From the NCBI RefSeq assembly GCF_009914755.1, contig NC_060929.1: a stretch of DNA of 64,000 bases. One strand, written 5' to 3'. The notes below the pieces were generated by a model. It worked only from the letters and a program-made list of their open reading frames with translations. It did not search any database and was not told the DNA's origin. The translations under genes and the position numbers were made by a program. Of this stretch, positions 1-15,374 are shown piece by piece. Origin of the DNA: the human T2T-CHM13v2.0 reference genome, Homo sapiens. Positions within the stretch are counted from its first letter, which is position 1, and each line of letters opens with the position of its first letter.

Positions 1-273
1 CACATGCAGAGGGAAGAGGTTATGGATGGAGAGATGGTTTGGGAAGAGTCAGACCATGAGGCATTGTGACAGAGACTGGACAGCATCTTGTAAGCCACAG
101 AATTAAGCAGGGCAGCGGAGTAGTCAGGCCGATCTGGACTTTGAAGCGACCACCCTGGGGGACCTGGGAGGAAGGGTGGGGACTGGAGAAAGAGGCCCTT
201 TGTTCATCCTAGGGCACTCTCCAGTGCCTTGGGGTCTTCCAGGGTCTTGTTTGTGCCACTCCCCCCAACTTAT

Positions 274-315
274 TGTGTGTGTGTGTGTGTGTGTGTGTGT
301 CTGTGTGTGTGTGTG
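274..315. repeat. (TG)n microsatellite occupying the tail position of the adjacent Alu
   Basis: About 20 TG units with one C interruption, directly abutting the Alu 3' end (GACAGAGTCTTGC). Confidence 0.95.
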
Positions 316-599
316 ACAGAGTCTTGCACTGTTGGCCAGGCTGGAGTGGAGTGCAGTGGCGTGATCTTGGCTCACTGCAACCTCCGCTTCCCGGGTTCAA
401 GCGATTCTCCTGCCTCAGCCTCTTGAATAACTGGAATTACAGGTGCCCACCATCACACCCAGCTAATTTTTTTGTATTTTTAGTAGAGACGGGTTATCTC
501 CATGTTGGCCAGGATGGTCTTGAACTCCTGACCTCATGATTCGCCCGCCTCGACCTCCTAAAGTGCTGGGATTACAGGCATGAGCCATCGTGCCCGGCC
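314..599 (-). mobile_element. AluS element
   Basis: Full dimeric antisense Alu (GACAGAGTCTTGC...CCCGGCC); flanks ACTCCCCCCAACTT / ACTCCCCTACTT resemble a TSD. Confidence 0.95.
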
Positions 600-1104
600 A
601 CTCCCCTACTTTTGTGTTGAAAAATTTTGAGATAATTGCAGATTCACAGTCATAAGAAATGACTCAGAGAGACTGCTTGTGCTTTGTGCCTATTTCGCCC
701 CAATGGTCACATTTTGTAAAATGATTCCTTTGCCGCTTTTGAGGAGGAGGTGGTGGGGGGGGGTGGGCACCAGTATGTTGAAGGAGAAATGCCCAGAGAG
801 CTCTGGTGAGAGTTGCCTCCTTCCCCATCACCCTCCCTCTCTCTGTGAGCCAAGACTGTTTCATAGGTGTATCATGGAACAAGTTTGGGAAGCCTGGTAT
901 ACGCAACTCACAAGTTCATCCTATCAACCCCCTACCAATCCCTTTGCCATCTTCTCACAGGAGCCCAGGCCACTTCCCTAGGGCACCACCCTTGACATGG
1001 CCCCATCCAACACACAGTGGATGTAGCTGAGAAGATCAACTGACCAACAGAGGTCAAGTTCCCCTTACACCATCTGTCTGGTTGTGGCGCTGGCTGGTAG
1101 GTGC

Positions 1105-1415
1105 CTGTTCAGCCGAGAACTACATTTCCCAGTACTCCTTGCTTCCCACATGACTAGTTTTCAGCAATGCAGTGTGAGCAGAGGGATCCAGGTGCTGTCA
1201 GGATGAGGGGTTAAGTAGTGGCTATGCCATCTTCTCTTTCTTCTCCCAGTTGGCTGTTTGGATGACACCAGGACAACCTTGGGGCCACAGGATGGTAGAG
1301 GATCCTCAAGATAGAAGCGGCCTGTGTCTCAGGGCAACCGTTGGAGGAAAACCACCCATGAGAGCCACAAGCCAGGAACACAGCATTAGACTTTGTATGA
1401 GGGAGAAATAAACAT
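1105..1415 (+). mobile_element. Old MaLR (MLT1-family) LTR fragment
   Basis: ACTACATTTCCCAG start motif and GACTTTGTATGAGGGAGAAATAAAC end motif typical of MLT1 LTRs. Confidence 0.55.
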
Positions 1416-1421
1416 ACGTAA

Positions 1422-1866
<445 letters not shown>

Positions 1867-3164
1867 TCTGACCCCATTTTAAATTGTTTGCTGGAGTATT
1901 GTAAAGTAATTACCAGACATCATGCACAAGGGCAAACAAAATCAAAAGGTAAACACCCTTTATCATGCTAAGCCACCGAGATGAGGGGCCGTTCACCACA
2001 GCAGTTAGACAGCCCTGACTGATGTGGTGGACTCTCTGTACCCAGCTGTGGAATTGGACATAACGGGCCTGTTCTCCTGGGCTGTGCAGTGTGCAAAGGA
2101 ATGCGTCTGGGCCCAAAGCAGCAAGGCTGCCGAGCCTTCCAGCCCTCTGAGAAGGAGTTCTCTTTGTTCTTCTGGCCCAGCTGCACCCAGCCCCTACCGC
2201 CCACTTCTTCCTCCTTCCAGGCTGGGGCTGCCCAGAGGAGAAGCAGACGCAAGGTGGGATGAGAAACAGAGTGTTTTGCAGACCAAGTCTGGCTTGGGCT
2301 GGGCTGGGTGTGGCGGGGTGAGGCCGTGCTAGAACACAGAGAGCAGGCAGAAGGCATGGATATTGGAAAGTCAGGGCCTAGAGCAGGGGCTGGAGCCAGG
2401 GGAGCAAAACCTTTTTTTGCCTTTTGGCTTGGCTTGTGTTCATGACCCTGAAGCTCAGAAGCTGGATGGAGCTTTGTGGTCAGAACCTCCAGAAAGCTTG
2501 AGTCCATTGAAGAAGTCATTACTGAGCACGAGTAGGGCAGCTCTGTGCTGTGGGCTGAATGCTGGCTTAGCTACTCTTCCCAGCCTTGTGACCTCAGATA
2601 GGCCCCCTCAACCCTCTGAGCCACAGGCTCCCTGTATTGAAAGTGAGGATGAGAATATCAATTTTACCTGGTCCTGGGGAAATTAGACTTGATGTACAGA
2701 GAAAGCCTGACACGCAGTAGGTTCTCAATGACTCATAGCCATTGCTATTGATCTCTGTTAACAACATGACACAAGTATAGGAGTGCAAATTTGCATCCAT
2801 CCACAGAATGGACCAGGGCCCCAGGATGCTGGGCCTCACCCTCTTGGGAGCTGTTTTCAGAGGAGGAGAAACAGAAAATGCAGGGAGCCAAAGGGCTTGC
2901 CCTGGGAGCGGCCAGGTCTAGTTTTGTATGTCAGAGGAGCAAGGGTGGGTGGAATCCTGCAGTTCAGGGACTCTTTCCTGGAAGGGGCTGGATTGGCAAC
3001 AAAAGACTCCCTCCCTTGGAAAGTAGCCTCACAGCTGTCAGGAAAAAACAGCTGTGTGGCTTCCTTTCAAAGAAGTGAGACCTCAGTCCTATGGGGAAAC
3101 AGAGCAAGACATGATGGAAAACAGGAACTCCCAGGCCGGTTCTCTAGCAGGGGATGGATGTGGT

Positions 3165-3360
3165 TCAAAGCCCAGCTCTGCTGCTTGCTGGCTGTGTGAC
3201 CTTGGGCAAGTTACTTCACCTCTCTGAGCCTTAGTAACATCATGTTTTAAATGGGATAATGATGCTCATCTCACAAGGCTATTGGGAGAAGAGGAAAAGA
3301 TATTAAATCGAAAATGCCTTGCTCAGTGCCTGGTACCCTGGAAGCACTTAATAAATCATC
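3165..3360 (+). mobile_element. MIR (representative of many MIR remnants, e.g. ~2.5-2.7, 5.35-5.5, 22.0-22.2, 26.9-27.2, 39.7-40.35 kb)
   Basis: MIR core GCTGTGTGACCTTGGGCAAGTTACTTCACCTCTCTGAGCC...AAAATGGGATAAT. Confidence 0.8.
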
Positions 3361-3659
3361 ATTGTAAATCACTCACCCCTAGGGCTTAAAATGAACCCGT
3401 TTCTTCTCTTAAGAGACTTTAAATATGGGCGACTCCATCGTCTCTTGTTTACCCTGCATCGACTCCCTAGATGGGCTTGTCCTCTTCCACAGCATTAAAC
3501 ACTGTTCCATGACATCGGCTCTGGAGTCGGCATTTGAAACCAGACACCCTTGCCATTGCTGGTCACAGATTCTTGATATTACCCTAAATGGCACCCCCAC
3601 CCCCAGCCCTTCCCATTTTGGGAAAGGACCTCCATTCAGCTGTAAGATCTTTTTTGTGT

Positions 3660-3910
3660 GTGTGTGAGTACATAGTAGATATATATATGTTGATGGGGTA
3701 CAGGAGATGTTTTGATACAGGCATGCGATGTGAAATAACCACGTCATGGGGAATGGGGTATCCATCCCCTCAAGCATTTATCCTTTGAGTTACAATTCAA
3801 TTACACTCTAACTTATTCTAAAATGTACAATTAAGTTACTACGGCTATAGTCACTCTATTGTGCTATCAAATAGTAGGTCTTATTCACCCTTTCTATTTT
3901 TGTTGCACCC
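3660..3910 (-). mobile_element. L1MA-type 3' end fragment
   Basis: GGGGTACA...TTTTGATACAGGCATG...GGGGTATCCATCCCCTCAAGCATTTATCC is the L1MA 3'UTR signature. Confidence 0.8.
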
Positions 3911-4650
3911 GGTTAAAAGATCTTGATTATTGTCTTTCCCCCAAGCCCCCAAGTCCAACCCACCAGGAGGTCCTGATGGCTCCATCATCAGCATGTATCT
4001 CCCATCTCACCCATCCCCACCTCCACTGCCGCCGCAACGGTCCACCCCCACCCCCAATGCTCCTGGCTCTCTGCTGCTCAGACCCCTCCCCACGCTCCCT
4101 GCTCTCACTCTCGCCCCTTCTACAGTCAGCTCTCCACACAGAAGCCTCACCTTTTTCTTTTAATTTTTAACAGAAATCCTAGACTTACAGAAAAATGGCA
4201 ATAGTACAAAGCCTTCCCACACAGCCTTCCCTCTACTCCCTGCATTTGCTTGTCTCTTTCTATCTACAGATGTATTTTTTCTAGAACATTAGAGTCAGTT
4301 GCAAACATGATGCCCCTTTACCCCTAAATACTCTAGTGGGACATTTCGACACACAAAGACACTCACATGACTGCAGCACGGTGATCAAAAGCAGCGCTTG
4401 TGACACGGTCTAGGTAGCAGACCTGCAGCCCTGTTCACTGCTGCCTGTCTCCCAGAAGGAGCGTCTGGCTCACACATCACCTTCTGTCCTCCTGCCTCTT
4501 CAGTCTCCTTTACCTGGGAGCAGTACCTTCATCTGTCTTCACCTGTCACAACCTTGGCATTTTGAATACAGTCCAATGATTTTACAGCACTTCCCTCCAT
4601 CTCGGCTTGTCTAATATTTCCTCACACGGTGAGCTTTTAAAAGGTATGGG

Positions 4651-4980
<330 letters not shown>

Positions 4981-5551
4981 TCACTTGTCAGCTCTCAACC
5001 CTGCAATGGCTGGCTACCAAATCCTGAGAAAATGCCAACTCCCCACCAGGCCCTTCACCAGGAGGGCTTTGCCCAACTCTCTCCCTCTGCTCTCTCGACA
5101 CCAACAATCTGACCTCTGCCTCAGTGCCCTGGCCCTGCCACTCCTCTCTGGGGACTGATGGGAGGTTTGAGGGGCTCCCTGTCTTCTCACTTTTCACTGA
5201 CCATTGGCTCATATGAGTGCCCCCTCTCTCTAAGAAAGTATCTTAACCTGTCCCATGTGATATTGTAGAATTTGTCTTGAGCCCTGGTGTGTGACAAGGA
5301 AGATCCAGAAGGGACTCCTTTGTATGACACAGGTAGACCTGGCGTGTCATGCCCTGGTGTTACTTTTTAGCTGTGTGGCCTTGGACAAGTTACTTAACAT
5401 CTCTGATCCTCTATTTCCTCATCTGGAAAGAGGGAATAGGAAGAAGATTTGAGATAGTGAACGTAAAAGTACCTGACACATAACAGGTTTGTCTTCTCTC
5501 CAGATGGTGAAATTAGACCCATTACATCTTCTGGAGAAACTGGAAGGGGCT

Positions 5552-6337
<786 letters not shown>

Positions 6338-8778
6338 GGAATGAACTTGGGGAAAACAACAGTGGGAAGGTCCTTGCCCAGTGGAGCCCTTCCTGGATGG
6401 CACTGTCCACACCCAGGGCTTCATTCCTTCTCCAAAGAGGCAGGATTGGAGGGGGCCCTGAGGACTGAGAGTGGGAAATGGCCCAGTCTGAAGTCTTCTG
6501 AGCCAGAGGTCTCCCAACGCCCCTTCCTTCTCTCCCTGGAGTCTCCCTTTGAAAGGGCAAACATGAGAGAGAGTGGCTCAGTCCCTGGAGCATCACAGCT
6601 GCTTGGATCCAGGCGGAGTGGAGTTGGGGAGATGGCTGTTTGCAGAGGTTGTTTGGGGATGCTGACTGCCAGCATCCAGGGGCCTTGGGGATCTTGGGGG
6701 CCAGTGGGATGTTATAGTTCCCCTGCCATGGTGGTGGGAAGAGGGGGCCATTAATCTGTGGAAACAGGGTGGTCCTCCTGTAGCTCATTGCTTAGACAAC
6801 ATGGGATGAGATTCTGGGGTCCTTTTGAGACAGTTCTGCTCATGATACCCATCTGTCTCCAAATCTTCACCGTTTCCACCACATTACACACTCTCCCAGA
6901 GAACTCTTTCCCAGAGAACTCGGCATCATTAGCTCGAATCTAACACTTAGCTGCATGGCTTGGGCCTGGGATCAATCATTTCCTTGGCAGCTCCAAGAAG
7001 CAGATGCAGGCAGCATGGAGCCCATGGCCACAGGTCCTTGGTGTAATCTGTTGCCCAGGCTTAGGTTTACTGTCATACTGAGATGACCCCAGAGTCTCTG
7101 CAGTCCTCTAAAGAAAGGCTCCAAAGCTCTGTGTGAGTAGATCATAGGCGAGGTAGGGCTTGAGACCCCACTTCCTTTGCAAGGTTCACTACCTGAGCTT
7201 TTTTCCCCCTGAGAAAAGCCACTCCCCTCTTGGTACAAGTCAGCTGCGTCAGAAAGCGGGCTATGGCACCCACGCCAGCCTCAGATTCTCCCCACCGCAC
7301 CCCCACCTCTATCAGGGCCAGCTCAGGGGCTGCTGCTGAATTCCCCTGCAAGGCTCACTCAGCGGTCAGGGAGAGGAAAGCTGCTCTGGGAATAGCAAAC
7401 TCCAGGGAGCCAGGATCACAGGCACGTGGGGGAGGCAGCGGAGGTGGCTGTTTCACACTCTGTCACAATGGAGGTAGCAGTTTCCTTTTGAGGGACTGGA
7501 AATGTGACCTACTTCCTTGTAACAAGGATGCTGCGTCAGCACTTGGATGGAAAATGCAGGTGAAGGATGTGCTCCTCCCCAGACAGAACAAGAAAGAAAA
7601 AGGTCCGTGCCCTCGTTTTCGGCGTGCATTGTTCTCCCTGCCTGAAACACTCCTGCTCAACTTTTCCATCTGCAAAACCCGTCTTTGTGCTTTGTAAGCC
7701 AGATGGAGGAATTTCCCTAGGGAAGTCTCCCATGACCTGTCCATGCTCTGCTGCCCATGCTGGGGCAAAGTCATAGCCTTTAGAGTTGGATACTGGGCTG
7801 TTTCGGCCGTCTGAGAAAGGGGCCATGTTTGCTCTGAATATGGCCCAGCCCCTAGCACTGTGGCCCGCACACAGCAGGTACTGAGTAATGTTTGCTTATC
7901 AGCTGTGGAAGGTGGGCAGGTAGATTAAACTCTCTGAGCCTTGGTGTTTTCATCTGACCACAGGACTAGTATATAATAGCTGCCTTTATCAAACTCTTTA
8001 TATTGATGCATTTAGGAGGTAGGGGCTACTGTTAGTCGCATTGTGCAAAAATGCAAAATAACTTATCCAAGGTCTCACAGCTGAAAGTGATCAGTATACC
8101 TCCTCATACCTTGAGGACCAAATGTGTGTGTGTATGTTTGTGTGTGTGGGTGTGTGTATCTAATTCAGAGTAGTCAGTGCTTGGTACATGGTAACTGCCC
8201 AATAAATGGTAGTTGTTTTGTTTATTACTGCTGCTGTCCTACTACTGCTCCCAGCACCTCCCCAGGCACTGATCACACCATATCATACAGTCTTGTCCAA
8301 TCCTCCCTGAGACAGGAGATCTCTGTGCACAGGTCTGCCCAGAGTAGATGCTAACTACATGCTAAAGGCATGAATACAATGAATGAGGAGGTGACTTTAA
8401 TCCCAATTTCAACTCCTAAGCTAAAAATGTAGTTCCCAGTGAGTATCAAAGCCACTTCTATAAAAGGTCATTGTCATTGCTAAGTAAAATTTCATTGTAA
8501 TCACCTCTGCAGTGTGCAGAGAATTTTTCACGTTGGAAAATTCTTTCAAAACTGTAATGTCAGTTGATCCACCCGGATATCTGGTAGAGAAGGGCATTGT
8601 GCCTGTTTTGCAGATATAGTTGGCACCTGTTTTATGAAAGAGGTGGTTAATGGAACTTTTGCTAATTGATGTCCAATTCATGCTCTACCACATCCTCTGT
8701 GCAATCTGGGGCAAGTCATTTCTCCATTCTGAGCCTTAGTTTCTACATCAACAAAATGTAAGTAATACTATGTACCCA

Positions 8779-9246
8779 TGGAAGAAATTTAGGCAAAATT
8801 AATATAAGTAGAGAGTTTATTTGGGTTAAATTTGAGGACTGCAACCTGGAAAACACTTCCAAGTTACCTTGGGAAGTGCTCTGGAGAATAAAGGAGAGGC
8901 CCCAGCTTTGAAAGAAGACAGGGTGAATCAGGAGAGGGGGTGATTACAAAAGATGTTTCTCTGGAATTCTCATAGGTTAGCAGAAATAACATTGATTAGT
9001 AATTGGCTATATATTAGTATAGGCTATGAGTTATTATGTCCACGTGCAACATTGTTAGTTTAATTTATAGTTTCTTGGGGTGTTAGTGAGTCTAGAGTCC
9101 AAATAACAAGTGGCTTCAGGAGATGATTACTTAGCTCAAGGGAATGGGGTGGGATGTAACTGCTGTCTCATTCCAACGCCTCCCTGGGCCTGATAATTTA
9201 AAGGGGGCTCACATTCCTCATATAAAAAAGTTTCTTTGCTTTCTCA
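8779..9246 (-). mobile_element. ERV1-class solo LTR (MER67/MER4-group-like) inserted into a MIR
   Basis: TG...CA termini with perfect 4-bp TSD CCCA (8775-8778 / 9247-9250); MIR sequence resumes on both sides. Subfamily name tentative. Confidence 0.7.
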
Positions 9247-9319
9247 CCCAATAGAACTGCCATGAAGCTTGCATGAGACACTGTATGGGGGACCGTTAAT
9301 TAGGACCAAACCATCCAAA

Positions 9320-10685
9320 GAGGACAATGGGAAAAGCTATATGGAAAATAACATCTTAAATATATCAAAGAGCTAATAAGAGAGTAAAGAATTAGCTGAC
9401 TAAAATCCAGTAAAAAATGAGAACCCAGAGAAGTAAACCTAGTATGCAAAGCTGTATTTTCCCTAAGGACATTTACTAATCCAGAAGAAACAGCTATGGT
9501 CTTGGTGGCCTCAGGAAAAAATATAAGGCCCAGAGTCTACCAAAAGTAGGGCCTGTGATAACTGTTCTCTTTCCTCCCTTTCGGCTGGGATCCCAAATGG
9601 CTATCTCTGAAAGTTATGATAAAGCATAAGTAAATGAATTCCCACAGACTTATAGGTTCTAGTCATCTAGGTCATCCAGAAAACAACAAACCTTGAACTT
9701 GAATTAAGGTGGTTCCATGCTGGTAGAGTTTCCAGACTCTTGGTAAAAGCAAACCAAATTCCTTTGTGCAGAAAAATAGCACCATTTTAGGTAACAAATC
9801 ATTCTTACAAATACTTTTTCAAATCAAATGTCTGGCACACAGTGAAAAATAGTCAGGTACTTAAGGAAATAAGAAACCTGAGTGAGAACAGAAGCACACA
9901 CACAAAAACTTTAGTTATTAGAATTGTTAGACACAGAATATAAGGAAAATGTGTACTATGCTTAAAGAAATATTGGGGGACAAAAAACTATGAGAAACTA
10001 TATTGTAAATTGAAAAAACAAAATAAACTTTGAAAACTAAAAAATAAAAAAATTAAGAACTCACAGTCTGTTTAATGGTACATTAGATACAGCTGAAGAG
10101 AAAATTAATTAACTGGAAGACAGATCAGAAGAAAGTATCCAGAATGTATCCTGAGAGACAAAAAGACTAAATATATTTAAGAAAGAATGATAAAACACAG
10201 TGAGAACTTCTAACTATTGTAATTGGAGTGGAGTTCTAGAAGGAAAGAGAAATACAAAGAGATGATGGCTGAGAATTTTCAGATCTGTTGAAAAATACCA
10301 ATTTCAATGTTCATGAATTCAAGAAGCCCAAGTAGGATACAAAAAAAAAATCTATATCTTGGTATATCATAGTGAATCTGAAGAAAACAATCTTAAAAGA
10401 AGCTGGAGAAAAGGGATAGTATTTTCAAAGGAGTGATAGAACAGCTGACTTCTCAATAGCAATAATGGAAGTCAGAAAACAGCAAAATAACATCATTGAT
10501 GTACTGGGGGAAAGTACCCCAAACCCCTAACTTAGTACACATGGAAATATCCTGTAGAAATGGAAGTAAAATAAATGCAATTTTTGACCAAACACTCCCC
10601 AGATAAATGGTCACCAGTAGACACTCACTAAAGGTATTCTTCAGAAGAAAATAATTCCAGATGGAAGATCAGAAATGAAAGATGA
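9320..10685 (+). mobile_element. Very old L1 (L1ME/L1MC-like) 5'/ORF1 remnant; appears to resume at ~19110-19960
   Basis: A-rich degenerate ORF1-like motifs (TTAGATACAGCTGAAGAGAAAATTAAT, GCTGACTTCTCA). Confidence 0.65.
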
Positions 10686-10689
10686 GCAA

Positions 10690-11370
10690 TAACAGAAAAA
10701 ATAGGTAAATTGGATTTCATAAAAATGAAAATATTTTGTGCTTCCAAGAACACTATAAAAAAAAGACAACCCACAGGATAGGAGAAAATATTTGCAAATC
10801 ATATATCTTATAAAAATGTATATCTAGAATATATTAAAAACTCTTACAACTCAATAATAATAAAAAATAACCCAATTAAAAAATGAACAAAGGATCTGAA
10901 TAGACATTTCTCCAAGGAAGATACATAAGTGGCCAATAAGCACATGGAAATATGTACAATTTTATCAGTCATCAGGGAAATACAAGTCAAAACCATTCAG
11001 ATACCTTTTCATACCCACTAGAATGGCTAAAATAAAGTAAAAGGATAACATGTTGGTGAAGATGTAGAGAAACTGGAATTTTCATACACTGCTAGTAGGA
11101 AAGTAAAATGGCACAGCTACTTTGGAAAAAGTTTGGCAATTCTTCAATAATTAAACATAGAATTACCATATGACTCAGCACTTCCACTCCTAGGTATATG
11201 CCCAAGAAATCAAAATATATGTTCTCCCAAAAACATGTACACATATTTATAGCAGCATTATTTGTAATAGCCAAAAGGTAGAAACAACCCATATGTCCAG
11301 CAATAGATGAATGGCTAAAAATGTGGTATATCCATACAACGGAATATTGTTTGGCCATAAAAAGAAGGAA
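10690..11370 (+). mobile_element. L1MB-type 3' portion, first half (resumes 18785-19110)
   Basis: ORF2 C-terminal/3'UTR motifs (GACATTTCTCCAAGGAAGATA, TTACCATATGACTCAGCA, GGAATATTGTTTGGCCATAAAAAG); continues as AAAGTATTGATACTTGCTACAACATG at 18791. Confidence 0.8.
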
Positions 11371-11829
11371 GGGGACTTCTAGTTTCCAGCCCATCATATA
11401 AGGAGCTTAGAAGTTGCCACTCTGTCTTAACAAGTAAAAAGCTGAACAAACTGCAAGATAACTTTTCTTGTATCTGTAAGAGAAGTGAGGTCACCGGGCA
11501 AATGGGTGCCCCCAAACTGGAGAGACAGATGGGTGAATATAGAGAATCACAACATACCAGAGCAGAAACCATGAGTAGAAACCTCCGTGAGAGTCAGTGC
11601 CAGGACAGGAAAACCTGAACTGTAACTGTGAATTGCTAGAGGCTTAGTGTGGAGGCTTAGTTTGACAGTTAAAACTCCAGGGGGACCCAGTCATAGAAGG
11701 ACAACCACACTTTTGTGAGTTTTATCTCCAGAAGCTCTACTAGGTCCTCACAGTGAAAAATCAGAGAGAAAATCCCCTTATGCTTCCAGCAGCAGAGGGG
11801 AAAATGAATCATTTTGAAATACCCCAGAG

Positions 11830-12166
11830 CAGGGGTCCCCAACCCCTGGGCTGTGGACCAGTACTGGTCCAAGGACTGTTAGGAACTGGGCCATACAGCA
11901 GGAGGTGAGCGGCAGGTGACCAAGCATTATGGCCTGAGCTCTGTCACCTGTCAGATGGGTGGCGGCATTAGATTCTCATAAGAGTGTGAACTCTATGGTG
12001 AACTGCTCATGCAAGGGATCTAGGTTGCATGCTCCTTATGAGAACGAAGGCCTGATGATCTGAGGTGGAACGGTTTCATCCCAAACTATCCCCTGCCCAA
12101 CTCTGGCTGTGGAAAAATTGTCTCCACGAAGTCTGTCCCAGGTGCCAAAAAGGTTGGGGACCACTG
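11830..12166 (+). mobile_element. MER1 (MER1B-like) hAT-Charlie non-autonomous DNA transposon
   Basis: TIRs CAGGGGTCCCCAACC / GGTTGGGGACCACTG and perfect 8-bp TSD CCCCAGAG. Confidence 0.9.
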
Positions 12167-12303
12167 CCCCAGAGCATTATGTTCTTCTTAACAAAGGTTG
12201 CCTGCAGAAGAAACTATTTTACCAGACTCTAATCTGCTGGGATATATCAGAGCCTGATTGGCCTATAGAAAGAGAAATACCCAGTTCCAGCCAGCCTTAG
12301 TCA

Positions 12304-12948
<645 letters not shown>

Positions 12949-15066
12949 CTAAGGGCTCTAATGAAAAAGGTAGAAGGCATATAATAACAAATGGATAATG
13001 TAAGCAGAAGAATGGAAATTCTAAGAAAGAATAAAAAAGAAATTCTAGGCATCAAAAACAGTGTAACAGAAATGAAGAATGGTTTTGATCAGCTTATTAG
13101 TAGACTCGATATGGCTGAGGAAAGAATCTCTGATCTGAAGGTATGACAGTAGAGACTTCCAAAACTGAAAAGCAAAGAGAAAAAAAAGACCAATCCCCAC
13201 CCCCCCACCCACCCAGAACACACTAACCAAGAACAGACTATGAAGAACTTACAAAAGGGTGTAACATACATGTAATGGGAATATCAGGAGAAGAAAGAGT
13301 CAGGAGCAGAAGCAATATTTGAAGCAACAATGACTAAGAATTTCCCTCAAATTAATGCCAGACACTAAACAACAGATTACATAAAGCTCACAGAACACCA
13401 AGCAAGATAAACGTCAGAAAAACGGCACCTAGGATATAATATTCAATCTTCAAAAAATCAACAATAAAGAGAAAACCTTAAAAAAAAAACCAGAGGGGGA
13501 AAATGCCTTACCCATAGAGAAGCAAAGATAAGAATTACATCTGGCTTCTCCTCAGAAACCATGCAAGCAAGAAGAGAGTGGAATGGAATATTTAAAGTGT
13601 TAAGAGAAAAAACCCACCAACCTAGAACTTTTTACCCTATGAAATTATTCTTCAAAAGTGAAAAAAATAAAAACTTTCTCAAATAAAAATTGAGGGAATT
13701 TGTTGCCAGTAGACCTGCCTTGCAGGAAATGTTAAAAAAAGTTCTCCAGAGAGAAAGAAAACATGTAGGTTGGAAACTGGATCTACATAAAGAAAGGAAG
13801 AGCATCAGAGAATGAATAAGTGAAGGTAAAATGAAAAAAACTGGTTTTTCTTAGTCATAACTGATCTAAGAGATAACAGTTTGTCCAAAATAATAATAGC
13901 AACAATGTACTTAGATATATGTATATATATATATATATGCTTATGTATGATTATATATAAATGACATGAATTACAGCAATGGTATCAGTGACAGGAAGAC
14001 AGAATCTGGAATATTTTATTACTATATAGTACTTGCACTATCCGTGAGGCAGTATATTTTTATTTGAAAGTGGACATGGATTAGCTGTAAATGTATATTG
14101 CAAACTCTAGGGCAATCACTAAAAGAGGTAAACAAAAAAGTATAACTGATATGCTAAGAAAAGAGAGAAAATGGAATTATATAAAATGCTCAATTAAAAT
14201 CACAAAAGGCAGAAAAATGGTGGAAGACTAAAGTAGGAACAAAGAACAAGGGCAACAAATAGGAAACAGTAACAAACATGGTAGATATAATTCAACTAGA
14301 TCAATAATCACTTTAAACATAAAAATTGGTCTAAGTACACCAATTAAAAGACAGATTGTCAGAGTGGACCAAAAACAAGACCTAAATATATATTTTCTAT
14401 AAGAAAACCACTTTAAATATAAACACACACAGGTTAAAAGTAAAGGGATGGCAAAATATATATCATGCTCACACTTATCAAAAGAAAGTGGGAGTAGGTA
14501 TTTTAATTTCAGACAGAGCAGACTTCAGCGCAAGGAAAATTATTAAGGATAAAGAGGGGTATTACATAATGATAAGAGGGCCAATAATCCAAGAAGACAG
14601 GAATCTTTAATGTGTATGCAACTAACAACAAAGTGTTAAAATACATGAGACAAAAACTGATAGAGCTGCAAAGAGAAATAGATGAAACATTATTACAGTT
14701 GGAGATTTAAACACCAGAAATGGATAGATCCATCAGGTAGAAAATCAGTAAGGACATACTTGAATTCAATAGCACTATCAATCAACTGGATATAACAGAC
14801 ATCTACAGACTACTTCATCCAAGAACTGCAGATTAAACCTTCTCCTCAAGATCACATGAAACATTCACCAAGATAGATTCTGAGCCACAAAACACACTTG
14901 AACAAATTTGGAAGAATGGAAATCACACAATATCTTCTCTCAAACCACAGTGGAATTAAACTAGAAATGAATAACAAAAAGATAACTAGAAAATTTCCCC
15001 CAAAACTTGGAGATTAAACAAGAAACTTCTAAATAACACATGGGTCAAAGAAAACTTCATGAGAAA

Positions 15067-15374
<308 letters not shown>

